NCBI GenBank assembly: GCA_046538485.1
Contig: JBKHIT010000023.1
Span: 1 to 64,000 of the forward strand
Direction of reading: 5' to 3'
Length of the DNA stretch: 64,000 nt
Source: Candidatus Brocadiia bacterium
Lineage (GTDB): Bacteria; Planctomycetota; Brocadiia; SM23-32
Both the position numbers and the translations under genes were made by a program. A model generated the notes under the pieces. It did no database searches and had not been told where the DNA came from. It saw nothing but the letters and a program-made list of their open reading frames with translations. Shown piece after piece: positions 18,350-28,378 of this stretch. The number at the start of each line of letters is the position of its first letter. The stretch's first letter is position 1.

Positions 18350-19750
18350 CTAATCTTTATCTACAGACCCATTCCAACAGTAAGTGCAGAGATTGGATTT
18401 TGGCAAACCAATCGCGTCGACGACTTCCTCCATGGTGAGATAAGTCAGGCTGGTGGCACCGATGTCGCGGCGGATCCAATCCACCATTTGCTTATATCCC
18501 TTCGTCGTGGGGTCGAGATACTGAGACACATCTCCAACTTCTCTACCTTCCAACTCCCGAATGGCTTTTCGGGCAGCCAGCTCTCCTTTTGAACGTGTCG
18601 AAATGCTGTATCGGCAGGGGAACATCAGAGGTGGGCATGCGACACGAATGTGTATCTCGTCGGCTTGTGCTTCATGCAGTTTAGTAATGGTCAGGTTTTT
18701 GAGCTGAGTCCCACGGACGATTGAGTCTTCACAAACGACGAGCTTATTATCCCGGATGATATCTTCGATTGCGATAAGTTTCATTCTGGCAATTCGATCC
18801 CGCACCTTTTGTGATGGGGGGATATAACTGCGACCATAGCCGGCTGTGTATTTCACAAGAGGACGCCGGAAAGGCTTGCCACTCTCGATCGCATATCCGA
18901 TTGCGTGGCCGGTACCACTATCGGGGACGCCCGAGACGAGATCAGGTTGGATATTATCTTTCTTCGCAAGAGCCTGCCCGCAGTGCTCGCGGACGCTTTC
19001 GACGGAAACGCCTCGATATGTAGACGCCGGATAGCCAGTATAGATCCAGAGGAAAGCACAGATTTTCCCCCCGCCCGGTGGATCACATCTTGGCTGCATC
19101 CCATCCGCGTCGAAATACACAATTTCCCCGGGCTGGATGTGTTTTTGTATTTCAAGACCGAGGTTTGGGAAAGCGCAGGTTTCGCTCCCGGCTGCTACAG
19201 TCCCATCTCGCTGTGCAATGGCAAGAGGCACACGGCCAGCCTGATCGCACGCTGCATAAATCCCTTCTTCGGTCATCAGGAGCAAAGATAGAGAGCCTTC
19301 TATGAGGTCAAAAAGACGCTGGAGGCCCTCAACAATGTCCTCGGCCTGAGCAATAATTTTCGCGGCGAGTTCCGTGGTATTGATCTGCCCGTCTTCGATT
19401 TCGCTGAAAGTTACTCCTTGTTCGATAAGGTTCTGGGCAAGTTCCTCACGATTGCTGACCAATCCAGAAGTAACCAGGCTGCAGGTGCCGAAACGGGCTG
19501 CGACGGCGATGGGCTGAGGATTGCTGTCGCTGATTACGCCGAGACCCATGTTGCCGCCGAAAGAGTTGTAAAAGTCGTAAAAAAGGTTCTTGAACTGGCC
19601 CCGTGCGATCCGGTGAATTGCGCTGTGCAACTTATCGCCCTGGATTGCGAGCCCCCCAAACTCCGTCCCGAGGTGAGACTGGTAATCCGTTCCGTAATAA
19701 AGATCTTCCATACAGTTTGTCTGAGAGCAGACTCCAAAGATACCGCTCAT
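18350..19750 (-). CDS. purF: Amidophosphoribosyltransferase, variant without the N-terminal Cys
   Basis: VPDSG, GRSYIPP, EDSIVRGT, CPP..FPC, CTYC; N-terminus is MSGIFG. Confidence 0.92.
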   Translation of the reverse strand: MSGIFGVCSQTNCMEDLYYGTDYQSHLGTEFGGLAIQGDKLHSAIHRIARGQFKNLFYDFYNSFGGNMGLGVISDSNPQPIAVAARFGTCSLVTSGLVSNREELAQNLIEQGVTFSEIEDGQINTTELAAKIIAQAEDIVEGLQRLFDLIEGSLSLLLMTEEGIYAACDQAGRVPLAIAQRDGTVAAGSETCAFPNLGLEIQKHIQPGEIVYFDADGMQPRCDPPGGGKICAFLWIYTGYPASTYRGVSVESVREHCGQALAKKDNIQPDLVSGVPDSGTGHAIGYAIESGKPFRRPLVKYTAGYGRSYIPPSQKVRDRIARMKLIAIEDIIRDNKLVVCEDSIVRGTQLKNLTITKLHEAQADEIHIRVACPPLMFPCRYSISTRSKGELAARKAIRELEGREVGDVSQYLDPTTKGYKQMVDWIRRDIGATSLTYLTMEEVVDAIGLPKSNLCTYCWNGSVDKD

Positions 19751-19835
19751 TGTTTGCCTCTCAAAAGGTTGCTTGGGTTCCGATTTTCAACTGAAAATAT
19801 AGCAGATTTTATCTTACTTTTACAGCGGGGGAGGT

Positions 19836-20573
19836 TCAGACTTTTCTCGCTTTCTTTTTGCTGTCATTGCTGGCGGTGTTTCTAAGACGCCGACGGGCCA
19901 AACGGGCAATGCGGTGCTTACCCAGAAAATCAAAACCGTCAATAATCTTCATCATGATTTCTCGGGCAACAGACTGGCGTTGCTCCGCGCTAACCGACCG
20001 GGAAGTGTCGCCTCCAAAGCGAAGAGGCTCTCCAAAATAAAGCTGCACACGACCCGCTCGGGGTAGCAATCTTTGCAGTGGCCAAACATCATAAGCGCCA
20101 TCGACCGTGACAGGAATCACAGGGGCGTTTGTTCTAATTGCCAGGGCTCCTGCGCCGGGACGCGGAGATTGAGGGAGACCATCTTCCGTCCGCCCACCCT
20201 CCGGGAAAATACCGCAAACTTCCCCCCTTTCAAGAGCACGGAAAAGATGGCGGTAAGCGTTAGGGACGCGGGGAGATTCTTCAACGGGAGAAGGATTAAA
20301 AAGTTTCATAAGTGGGCCGATTAGCGGATAATGGAAAAACTTTTGGAGCGCCATATAGGTGATATGCCGATGCACAGCCATGCTGATGAAGATGGGATCG
20401 TAGTACGATTGGTGGTTTGAAGCAAGAATGGCCGGCCCTCTGTCCGGTATGTTCTCAGTGCCAACCCATCTCAAGTGATGCAGTAAAGCGATAGGGGGGT
20501 AGAGCAGAATTTTCCCAAATTGATCCCACAAAGGTTCTTGCTGTCGATCCCTATTATTTTCGGGAAGAGTCAT
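19836..20573 (-). CDS. Lysophospholipid acyltransferase (PlsC family)
   Basis: NHQSYYD (HX4D), FPEGGRT, VIPV; ATG at 20573 overlaps the end of the MFS gene. Confidence 0.92.
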   Translation of the reverse strand: MTLPENNRDRQQEPLWDQFGKILLYPPIALLHHLRWVGTENIPDRGPAILASNHQSYYDPIFISMAVHRHITYMALQKFFHYPLIGPLMKLFNPSPVEESPRVPNAYRHLFRALERGEVCGIFPEGGRTEDGLPQSPRPGAGALAIRTNAPVIPVTVDGAYDVWPLQRLLPRAGRVQLYFGEPLRFGGDTSRSVSAEQRQSVAREIMMKIIDGFDFLGKHRIARLARRRLRNTASNDSKKKARKV

Positions 20574-21825
20574 GAATTTTGACCTTCCAGACAAAAACCA
20601 TTCCGATGCCCATTGTGAGGATTTGGACCAGAAGAGCAACTCGATATCCGCCCGTCGGAGAGCCACCAAACGGAATATCCGCAAGAACCCCGAAAAATAT
20701 CATCCCGATCATGCTGAGTTTATGGCCGACATTATAGAGCCCAAAATATTTTCCGATCTGACCTTCTGGCGCGAGGCTGAGCAGCATTCGCCGTCCGGCG
20801 ACCCACACCGTGCTCAGGCCGTAGCCGCCAAAGATAATAAAAGCTGGATAAAAAGTCCAGGGACTGCTTGAAAGCCCGCATACGGCGACAGCAATGATGA
20901 ACGCCACTCCGGCGGAAAGGAAAATGGGTCGGGAACCGTATCGATCGCTGAGCCAACCTCCTATAATCCCCATAATAAGTGCCGAAATTGCGAAAGGAAT
21001 CATCCAGAACATGACTGTCTGAAGTGAGAGCCCCAGAACGTGTTTAACATAAGGAGCATAGCCGATAATTGTCGCGTTTAAAGCGTCAACGCAGAGAAAA
21101 TTGCCGATCAAAAAGAGAAAAATTGATTTTTTGCGGGGAAGTCGTAGAATCGTGGCGACCGTGCGTTTGTAGGCTGTTTTAAGGACTGCAACCGGCTTTG
21201 GGATAGGGGGATGGGCCGGGCGCTCCGGAACCAGGATGAAAAGCGGCAAGCTGAACAGAAGGAACAAAACGCCGGCGAGTGTAAAAAGTGGAGTCAGGGG
21301 ATGGGATGGAGCGATGGGGCGGTAAAGACGGGTTATAAATATCGCGATCGGGAGAGAAAATGCCACACCAGCGTAACCAATTCCGACTCCAAGCCCGCTG
21401 ATCAGGCCGCGCCGCGAGGGTGGACTTGCGAGGGGCAGTAGGCTGTCATACAGGGGAAAACATGCGTTATAGGCAAAATTGGCCAAAAAATACAGCACCA
21501 GTATCATCCATGCCTGGTATGCCCCCGTAATTGCTGAGCAAGCTGCGCAGCAAAGCGCCGTGAATAAAAATAGAAGATGTTTGGATCCTCCTGTACGGTC
21601 CGCATACTCACCGATGAAAGGCATTACGAGCCCCCCGAGGCCCATCGATGTCGCGGCCGTCAGAAAAGTGTATTTCTCAACACCGGTGAATTCCTTCACG
21701 TGAAGAGCAATGGCGAAGGAAACCACGACAGCCGAATAGATGGTATTCGCAAAATCATACAGCGCCCATCCAATCGCCCGGGGCCATTCGATCTGATAAA
21801 CAGTACGAGGAGAACTCTGTGGCAC
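20554..21825 (-). CDS. MFS transporter (UMF1/ATG22-like)
   Basis: WALYDFANT, GEYADR, YDSLLP, GWLSDRYG; about 12 TM helices. Confidence 0.92.
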   Translation of the reverse strand: MPQSSPRTVYQIEWPRAIGWALYDFANTIYSAVVVSFAIALHVKEFTGVEKYTFLTAATSMGLGGLVMPFIGEYADRTGGSKHLLFLFTALCCAACSAITGAYQAWMILVLYFLANFAYNACFPLYDSLLPLASPPSRRGLISGLGVGIGYAGVAFSLPIAIFITRLYRPIAPSHPLTPLFTLAGVLFLLFSLPLFILVPERPAHPPIPKPVAVLKTAYKRTVATILRLPRKKSIFLFLIGNFLCVDALNATIIGYAPYVKHVLGLSLQTVMFWMIPFAISALIMGIIGGWLSDRYGSRPIFLSAGVAFIIAVAVCGLSSSPWTFYPAFIIFGGYGLSTVWVAGRRMLLSLAPEGQIGKYFGLYNVGHKLSMIGMIFFGVLADIPFGGSPTGGYRVALLVQILTMGIGMVFVWKVKIHDSSRK

Positions 21826-21942
21826 TGACTGATTCCTTTTGTTGGGTAGGGGAGAGTCTTCAGGACATCCTGATGCTCATATTGTCGGGACGTCGACCGC
21901 TATTTGCAAGTTTATGTCCTCGCATAGTTAGCATTGTTTTCC

Positions 21943-22098
21943 GTTCCACTTGATTTTGTGCGTTCAGCCGTAGGGAGGCCATTCTGGCGGACCAATTCTC
22001 CGTTGCGGCGTCGCAGGGACCCGTCTGGGTCACCTTTGGCGCCACGCCTCGAACTGACCTCGGCAACATTGCTCTGAACGCACAAAATCAAATGGAAC
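21943..22098 (-). ncRNA. Candidate 6S-RNA-like rod-shaped structured RNA
   Basis: 25-bp closing stem (22098-22074 with 21967-21943), central bubble, inner stems and apical GACCC-AGAC-GGGTC hairpin; mismatches become G-U pairs on the minus strand. Confidence 0.55.
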
Positions 22099-22233
22099 CG
22101 ACCATTTACCTCTCTGCGAAGTCGGGAAAATGTGATGAAAAAAAGCGAGGGAATTTGAATCATTGCGCCGGGGCGATTACAATTCCAGCTCTTATTTGTC
22201 GCGGTCCATTACTTCAAAGTGGAAAAATTCTGT

Positions 22234-24417
22234 ATGGCATATCCCAGCGTCCAGGGACAATTCGCTGAGAGCGAGCGGCCAGTTACCTTCCGCAGTCTGG
22301 TTGTCGGCGCCTTTTTTTGTGCGCTTCTCGGCGTGGCCATCCCTTATTTCGACATACTTACAAGCACCTCTGAACTGGGGGGATGCCATTTCCCCGTTGG
22401 ACCAATCTTCAGTTTGACCGTAATCATTCTGCTTCTGAACATCCCCCTTAAAATGAAGGGGGTCCTGGCCAGGGGACTTTGGGGAGCGGGGCTGGGAGCG
22501 TTTGTGGCATTCGTTGTGGTTCATTTATCCGGTATGAGCCAGATTTCTGCCCTTCTTACCTTTGGGACAGGAATAATCCTCTTTGCCGGTCTGGTGATTG
22601 GACTGGGATTCCGTGGACCACTTAATGCCAAGGAACTGCTCGTTATTTTCAGCATGATGCTGATCTGCAGCGGCATTCCCACCTTCGGGCTGATCAGTCA
22701 GCTGCTGCCAATGGTGACTTCGTGGCAATACCTCTCTCCCGATAGCGGTTGGGCTGATTCGTTCTTTAACCTCATACCCGAATGGCTGGTTGTAGGCGAT
22801 CCTCAGAAGATGCTGACCGGAAAAGAGGCGGGGCTCAATTTTCAACAGATTAGCCGTGAACATTTTCTGGCCATTAAATGGTTCTATGAGAAAGTTCCGG
22901 AAGGCAAAAGTATTCCCTGGAAACCGTGGATACATCCGCTCATTACATGGGGTATTTTCATCACTTTCCTCTACGGCTACATGTTCTGCTGGACATCAAT
23001 TCTCCGCAAACAGTGGGTTGAAAGGGAAAAATTGCTTTTCCCGCTGATGCAACTGCCGGTTGAGATGGCCAAGAATGAGGAAAAACCGAGTATTCTCAGC
23101 CCCCTTTTCAAGAATCCATATATGCTAATCGGCCTGGCAATACCTCTTTTGCTCCACAGTATTCTTCAGTTCCACGACTATTTTCTGGGTGAGTTACAAA
23201 GCAATTTCCTCAGAACGCGCGCCAAACCGTTCGTTGGAACGAATTTCAAGGATTTCGGCGATGTCAACCTGACCGTCTATTTTGCTGTCATTGGATTCTG
23301 CTATCTGCTGAGCACGGAAATTACGCTGTCAGTGTGGCTTTTTTGGGTTGTTAACCGGTTCCAGAGAGTTGCTTATGAATGGATGGGAACCCCGGGACTC
23401 GTTTCGCAACCCGGTCAGGCCGGAGCGGCTCAGTTTATTGGTGCTCTGGTAATATTTGTTCTGTTCGGCTTATGGGCGGCGCGACGACATCTCTGGGATG
23501 TTGCCCGAAAAGCTTTCATAGGAGCCCCTGATGTCGATGATAGCCGGGAACTAATTGGTTATCGGGGTTCGCTGTTTGGGCTGATAATATGTCTGCTCGG
23601 TTTGATTGTCTGGTGTTTTGTGATGGGAATGCAGATTTGGGTGGCCATTTTTGTTTTCTTCGCCTTTACAATCGCCATCATCGGCGTTACCCGTGCCGTC
23701 GTCGAAGGAGGGCTGCTCTTTGTTAAGATCGAAAGTGCAAAACCCATCGATTTCATACGGAATCTAACCGGGACGAAAGTCATCAGTGGTTCCAGTCTGA
23801 CTGTGCTCAGTTTCATTCAATACGTGTCGATGTTCGATTTGAAAACACTCCTGATGCCGGCTCTGATGCACGGTTGTAAGGCCCGAGATACCGTTAATGA
23901 TAGGTCGAAAAAGACGCTACTCGCTTTCATTATCGCCATTGTGATAGTGATAATTGTCAGTGGGGGAGCAACAATGTGGGGCTGTTACAAACTCAAAGGT
24001 GCCAATAATGTTCATGGCTGGTATTATATTAATGGTCCCAGGGGAATTGCCTTTAACCCGTTAAAATCATGGATTGACCCCGGGAAATCACCGGAGCCAA
24101 CCGGAATGGCGTTTATGGTCGGCGGGGCACTGGTGGCCGGAGTTCTGATCTTTATGAGGCGGACTTTCCCCTGGTGGCCACTGCATCCTCTGGGCTATAT
24201 CATGAGCCAGGGCTATTTCGAAAGCAGCCGCATCGCTTTTTCGTTCTTCTTGGGGTGGTTTATTAAGTCGATGATATTGCGATTTGCGGGCGGAAGATGG
24301 TTCAAAAAATTGAGGCCACTGTTTCTGGGACTTATCCTCGGTGAGTTTGGGGCCGCCGGTCTATGGTTGGTCATCGGGCTTATTCTCAAGGAACCCGGAC
24401 CGCGCGTCTTTCCGTAA
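22234..24417 (+). CDS. Large polytopic membrane protein, DUF6785/DUF6784-like putative transporter
   Basis: RKQWVEREKLLFPLMQLP, WPLHPLGY, PLFLGLILGE; more than 15 hydrophobic segments. Confidence 0.8.
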   Translation: MAYPSVQGQFAESERPVTFRSLVVGAFFCALLGVAIPYFDILTSTSELGGCHFPVGPIFSLTVIILLLNIPLKMKGVLARGLWGAGLGAFVAFVVVHLSGMSQISALLTFGTGIILFAGLVIGLGFRGPLNAKELLVIFSMMLICSGIPTFGLISQLLPMVTSWQYLSPDSGWADSFFNLIPEWLVVGDPQKMLTGKEAGLNFQQISREHFLAIKWFYEKVPEGKSIPWKPWIHPLITWGIFITFLYGYMFCWTSILRKQWVEREKLLFPLMQLPVEMAKNEEKPSILSPLFKNPYMLIGLAIPLLLHSILQFHDYFLGELQSNFLRTRAKPFVGTNFKDFGDVNLTVYFAVIGFCYLLSTEITLSVWLFWVVNRFQRVAYEWMGTPGLVSQPGQAGAAQFIGALVIFVLFGLWAARRHLWDVARKAFIGAPDVDDSRELIGYRGSLFGLIICLLGLIVWCFVMGMQIWVAIFVFFAFTIAIIGVTRAVVEGGLLFVKIESAKPIDFIRNLTGTKVISGSSLTVLSFIQYVSMFDLKTLLMPALMHGCKARDTVNDRSKKTLLAFIIAIVIVIIVSGGATMWGCYKLKGANNVHGWYYINGPRGIAFNPLKSWIDPGKSPEPTGMAFMVGGALVAGVLIFMRRTFPWWPLHPLGYIMSQGYFESSRIAFSFFLGWFIKSMILRFAGGRWFKKLRPLFLGLILGEFGAAGLWLVIGLILKEPGPRVFP

Positions 24418-24633
24418 AGCGTTCTTAAGCCAACGGCCTTTCTGCCTGCAAACTGTTTGATTGGGGAGAGACCGAAAAATCAGCGGGCTACCGGCGGGGC
24501 GAAAGGGCAGTCGGTTCGTGATTTTGGGATTGGGACAAGCACCTGGTTGTTGGCGTATTTCTCTCAGATTTCCGCCGGATTCGGGTTAATGCGAAGCTTT
24601 GGTTGAGTTTTTATCAGCAGAAATGGAACAGTT

Positions 24634-25764
24634 ATGGCAAATCGGCCAACGGATCATAGAAACCTCGATCTGACCCAATTAAATCTCGATGTTGTGCGGG
24701 GAGAAGCGGGGGGTAAAGTTATCTGGCAACCCAGGATAGGGGCGTGGTACAACGACAAAATGTTCGAGGGTGAACCGCTGCCGGAGCCGTATCGGGGCAT
24801 GTCGCGCGTCGAGCTTTTTCAAGAACTCGGCTGTTCTAACCGCCTTTACGAATTCAATGCATGTTTCGTTTCACACGAGGATGAATCCGTAGACCGCGCC
24901 ACGAACGAACTCGGAAATGACAAATATGAGGTAGTTGTCGACACTCCGGTCGGGAGCCAGAGATCGGTTTATCGCCGAAGCCCGAATACCACCTGGCGCT
25001 TGCCGGAAAAATGGCCCATTTCGGATCCCGATGATATGAAAGTGGCGATCTGGCGCGAAGAGCGACGCACCTGGGAATGGGATCAGGAGAAATACGAGGA
25101 GCTTCTGGATACATGGCACGGCCTGGGCGCGCCCACAATGTATATTTGCCGCACGAGCATCCAGAAACTCTTCGTCGAAGATATGGGACCTCAGGCCGGA
25201 ATCCTTGCTCTGGTTGATTATCCGGATCTCTGTAAAGCTTATTTCGACGCGCTTGAAATCACCCAGAATAGACTTGTTGACGTTATCAACCAATCGCCGA
25301 TTGAAATTATCAACTACGGGGATAATGTCCACGCCGGTACCTGCACGCCAAAGCTGTTTGAGGAGTGCGTCCTGCCCGTTTACCAGCGTCGCACCGAACG
25401 GTTGCACGAGGGAGGGAAATTTGTGCACGCCCACTGGGACGGGGATTGCGGTCCGCTGCTGATTTATGCACAAGAGACGGGACTCGATGGAATAGAAGCC
25501 ATCACGCCGAAACCCCAGGGAGACGTTACGCTGGAGGAGACCAAAGAAGCTCTGGGGGATATGTTTCTCATCGATGGCATACCGGCCGTTTACTTCGACG
25601 AAACCTATCCTGCAGAGGTGCTTGTGGATTGTGCGAGGAAATGCATCGACTTGTTCGCCCCGAACCTGGTCCTGGGTATCAGCGATGAAATATCGTCAAC
25701 GGGCAAGATCGACCGCGTCAAACTCGTGGGCGAAGTGGTCGACGACTACAACGCGTCCCTGTGA
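24634..25764 (+). CDS. Uroporphyrinogen-decarboxylase/MtaA-CmuA-like TIM-barrel protein
   Basis: TPVG, INYGDN, HAHWDG, DGIEAITPKPQGD, LGISDE. Confidence 0.8.
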   Translation: MANRPTDHRNLDLTQLNLDVVRGEAGGKVIWQPRIGAWYNDKMFEGEPLPEPYRGMSRVELFQELGCSNRLYEFNACFVSHEDESVDRATNELGNDKYEVVVDTPVGSQRSVYRRSPNTTWRLPEKWPISDPDDMKVAIWREERRTWEWDQEKYEELLDTWHGLGAPTMYICRTSIQKLFVEDMGPQAGILALVDYPDLCKAYFDALEITQNRLVDVINQSPIEIINYGDNVHAGTCTPKLFEECVLPVYQRRTERLHEGGKFVHAHWDGDCGPLLIYAQETGLDGIEAITPKPQGDVTLEETKEALGDMFLIDGIPAVYFDETYPAEVLVDCARKCIDLFAPNLVLGISDEISSTGKIDRVKLVGEVVDDYNASL

Positions 25765-25808
25765 TTGGTTTGGGATACAGTTATTTTTCTTCCACGTGCG
25801 CAGCCAAC

Positions 25809-25955
25809 TCAAAGTGTCGATAGTATCCCGCCGTCAACGTAGATGATCTGGCCGTTGACGAAACTGGAAGCTGAGCTGGCGAGGAATACGGCGGTGCCTA
25901 CAAGTTCCTCCGGTTCACCCCAGCGTCCTGCGGGGGTGCGGTCGACGATCCAGCT
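25809..25955 (-). pseudogene. C-terminal remnant of a gluconate 5-dehydrogenase-like SDR
   Basis: Own translation: [48 protein letters not shown]; no N-terminal part is present. Confidence 0.85.
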
Positions 25956-26294
25956 TTTCTGAATGGTGAGAATCGATTGATTCTTTACTGGAACAACTGG
26001 GCAAAAGTATACCAGAGCGCGCCTTACGGTTCTTTACGGGTGTGGGATCGTGAACATCCGGACGTGGCAGAGAAGAAGAAAGGTTGAGGTGCACGGAACA
26101 TCTGCATCAGTATGCTCTGTGATTTGGGAGGGGTAACAACGAACGCAGAGAGGGGGTTCTCCCATTACTCTTCTACTTATTGGCTGACCGATTCTGTGCT
26201 CTCCAAATGGGAGGATGATGGTGTGGTCTGCAGGCCAAGGAATTATGCCAGTTTGCCGGTTGGATCCCTGGGAAAACTCGTTTCTGCACGACAG

Positions 26295-27104
26295 TCAATA
26301 AGATTTATCTGCCAGGGTCTTGAAGTGGTAGCTCCACCAGCCTTTGGTGCGCATGGTGGCGTCCTGCTCAGGGGTTATGGAAATCCACTTGGACATACCA
26401 TTTGCATATGTCGCATTGAATCCGTCATCACTGTGCACATGCAAGGTATTTCCCCAGCCCCAGTATGTCATGGGCAAAAGACAGATAACAATTGCCTGGG
26501 GGGTCTTAGGTTTCGTGATAACGTTTCCGGTGCCCGGGTGGACTAGCGGCGCACCTGCTATGTTGTTTGGGAACTTGGCGCCGAGTTGCCGATGATAATA
26601 ACTAACTCGTTCGCTCCAATCATATATTGGCGGACAATTTGCCCATGTTGGTGAGCGTGGGACGTAGCTTGCACGTGCCCATGCGTCGGGATCAAGGCCC
26701 TGTTCCATGCGTTTGAACTGTTCTCTGGCCGTCGGAAGCCAGCCCTCGTTCCAGGGACAGCCGGGATCGTAAAGGACATCCAATGCCGTATACTGGGGCA
26801 CCAGGTTGCCGAGATTCATTTTATCATCGTGCGTGAACGTAAACCCTGCCCAGTTGCTCCAGTTGTTTGCCACGATACTGTTGGTGTAATTCATCGAAGC
26901 TGGTGCGACGCTGTGTTCATTCCAGTCCTGAACGTAACCGTTGTAGGCGAGGAAAATCTGGTGGTGGTTGCCCAGGCACGCCGTAGCTACAGCTGCCGTG
27001 CGGGCCTTTTCCAACGCCGGCATGAGCATCGCAGCGAGAATTACAATAATCGCAATAACGACCAGAAGCTCGATAAGTGTGAAACCTGCTGAACGCGTTT
27101 GCAT
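26295..27104 (-). CDS. Prepilin-type N-terminal cleavage/methylation protein (DUF1559-like), copy 1
   Basis: [34 protein letters not shown]-terminal HSDDGFNATYANG; GGAGG upstream of ATG at 27104. Confidence 0.92.
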   Translation of the reverse strand: MQTRSAGFTLIELLVVIAIIVILAAMLMPALEKARTAAVATACLGNHHQIFLAYNGYVQDWNEHSVAPASMNYTNSIVANNWSNWAGFTFTHDDKMNLGNLVPQYTALDVLYDPGCPWNEGWLPTAREQFKRMEQGLDPDAWARASYVPRSPTWANCPPIYDWSERVSYYHRQLGAKFPNNIAGAPLVHPGTGNVITKPKTPQAIVICLLPMTYWGWGNTLHVHSDDGFNATYANGMSKWISITPEQDATMRTKGWWSYHFKTLADKSY

Positions 27105-27160
27105 TCGGCCTCCATAGAAGTTGAACTGTTTGTCGAATAGAATAATATCCGTACTCGATC

Positions 27161-28322
27161 CTAACTCTGGGGACGTGAAAAAGCAAATATAGCTTCGCAA
27201 AAACGCAACTTTGTCACTCGATGCACTCCTTTCGCCCAAATTGTGTTGAGGCGATATGTGACGTTAATCAGGGATACAGCCCCACAGTAGTGGATGTAGA
27301 TTCGACCGTGTATTAGTTTTTCTGGTTGTTTAAGGTCCGTTGGATGCCAGGGTTCTGACAGATATGGTTGGCCCTGGTGTGCTGACTGGTCCAGCACCAG
27401 ACCGTCGTCCCAATGAGCGAGTATGAAACTCGCTTCGGCCCCGGGCTGTAGCTCAGGCAATTCAATGCCGGCCAGCGCTGGTGGGGAACGGCTGCACAGA
27501 TCCCAGGCAGCATGGAATGAAAGGCCGCCCCGGGAGATGAGGAATTCGACGTTGCGATCAAGCTGAAACCAGGCGCCAGATAACAATTCACTATCGGCCA
27601 GATGCATGCGCCCGCTGGGTTCAATAACAAATTCTCGACCGCCCATGCAACTATAGTGGCCCGGCTCGCAGCCAGAAAACCCGCTGGCGTCACTTACCAT
27701 GAAACGACGCTGGCTCCGCGTTCTATGGCGGCACGTATCGTTTTGGCCTCGGGAGAAGCGTGACCAATGGCTGCGATCTTGCCATCCGCAACAGCAGCTG
27801 CCAAGAATTCGAGACCGCCGGGCTGTTCAGGCGGTACATTCACCATCCGGACTTGCCGACCGATTGCCTCATCGATTTGACGGACACAATCGTAGTCGGG
27901 AGTGCGTAACCAATCACGGTTATGGGCTCCGCGCCATCCATCTTCGGGCGAAACGAAGATACCTTCGTGGAATACGCCGGTGAACAGTGAGGCGAGGTCA
28001 GGTCGTTCGTCAAGCCACTGGCCCAGCTGGGCTGCACTTTGTAACAGGGGCTCTTCAGGATACGTTGTCAGCGTTATCAAACAGCGACCGACGCCGTGCC
28101 GGCGAAGGAGACCTGCAACGTTTTCGAGGTGCTCCACGGAAACGTCATGCAGTTCGTTGTAATAACGCCCCAGGGCACCGTTTTGCTGCAGATCGACGAG
28201 CACCGGCAAAATCCAGGGAAGCGCGTCATCGGTTCAATTTTACGTATGTGCTCGATGGTGCGACCGTCGACGGAGATCTCGAGGGCTGTACCGTCCGCCT
28301 GTCGTCCTCGATAATTTGACAT
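27161..28322 (-). pseudogene. nagA: Disrupted N-acetylglucosamine-6-phosphate deacetylase-like gene
   Basis: Three frames carry LVDLQQNG, FHEG..GAH, AIGH, VSDA and LSG. One-base frameshift at about 28231; frame-shifting internal deletion at about 27700. True 3' end uncertain. Confidence 0.8.
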
Positions 28323-28349
28323 TACTTTTTCTTTTCAGGAAGAAACGAT

Positions 28350-28378
28350 TTGACAGGCGCAAAGAAGCAAAGTATTCT
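28350..28378 (+). promoter_or_regulatory. Sigma70-type promoter upstream of the GntR regulator
   Basis: TTGACA-N17-TATTCT. Confidence 0.6.

Noticed and set aside
24436..24510. Imperfect long hairpin after the DUF6785-like gene
   Set aside because: Pairing is loose, there is no U-tract and I recognise no riboswitch or tRNA consensus.
26085..26087. In-frame TGA as possible selenocysteine or recoding
   Set aside because: It lies in a fragment with no start and no evident SECIS; a nonsense mutation is simpler, and TGA is a normal stop elsewhere in the window.
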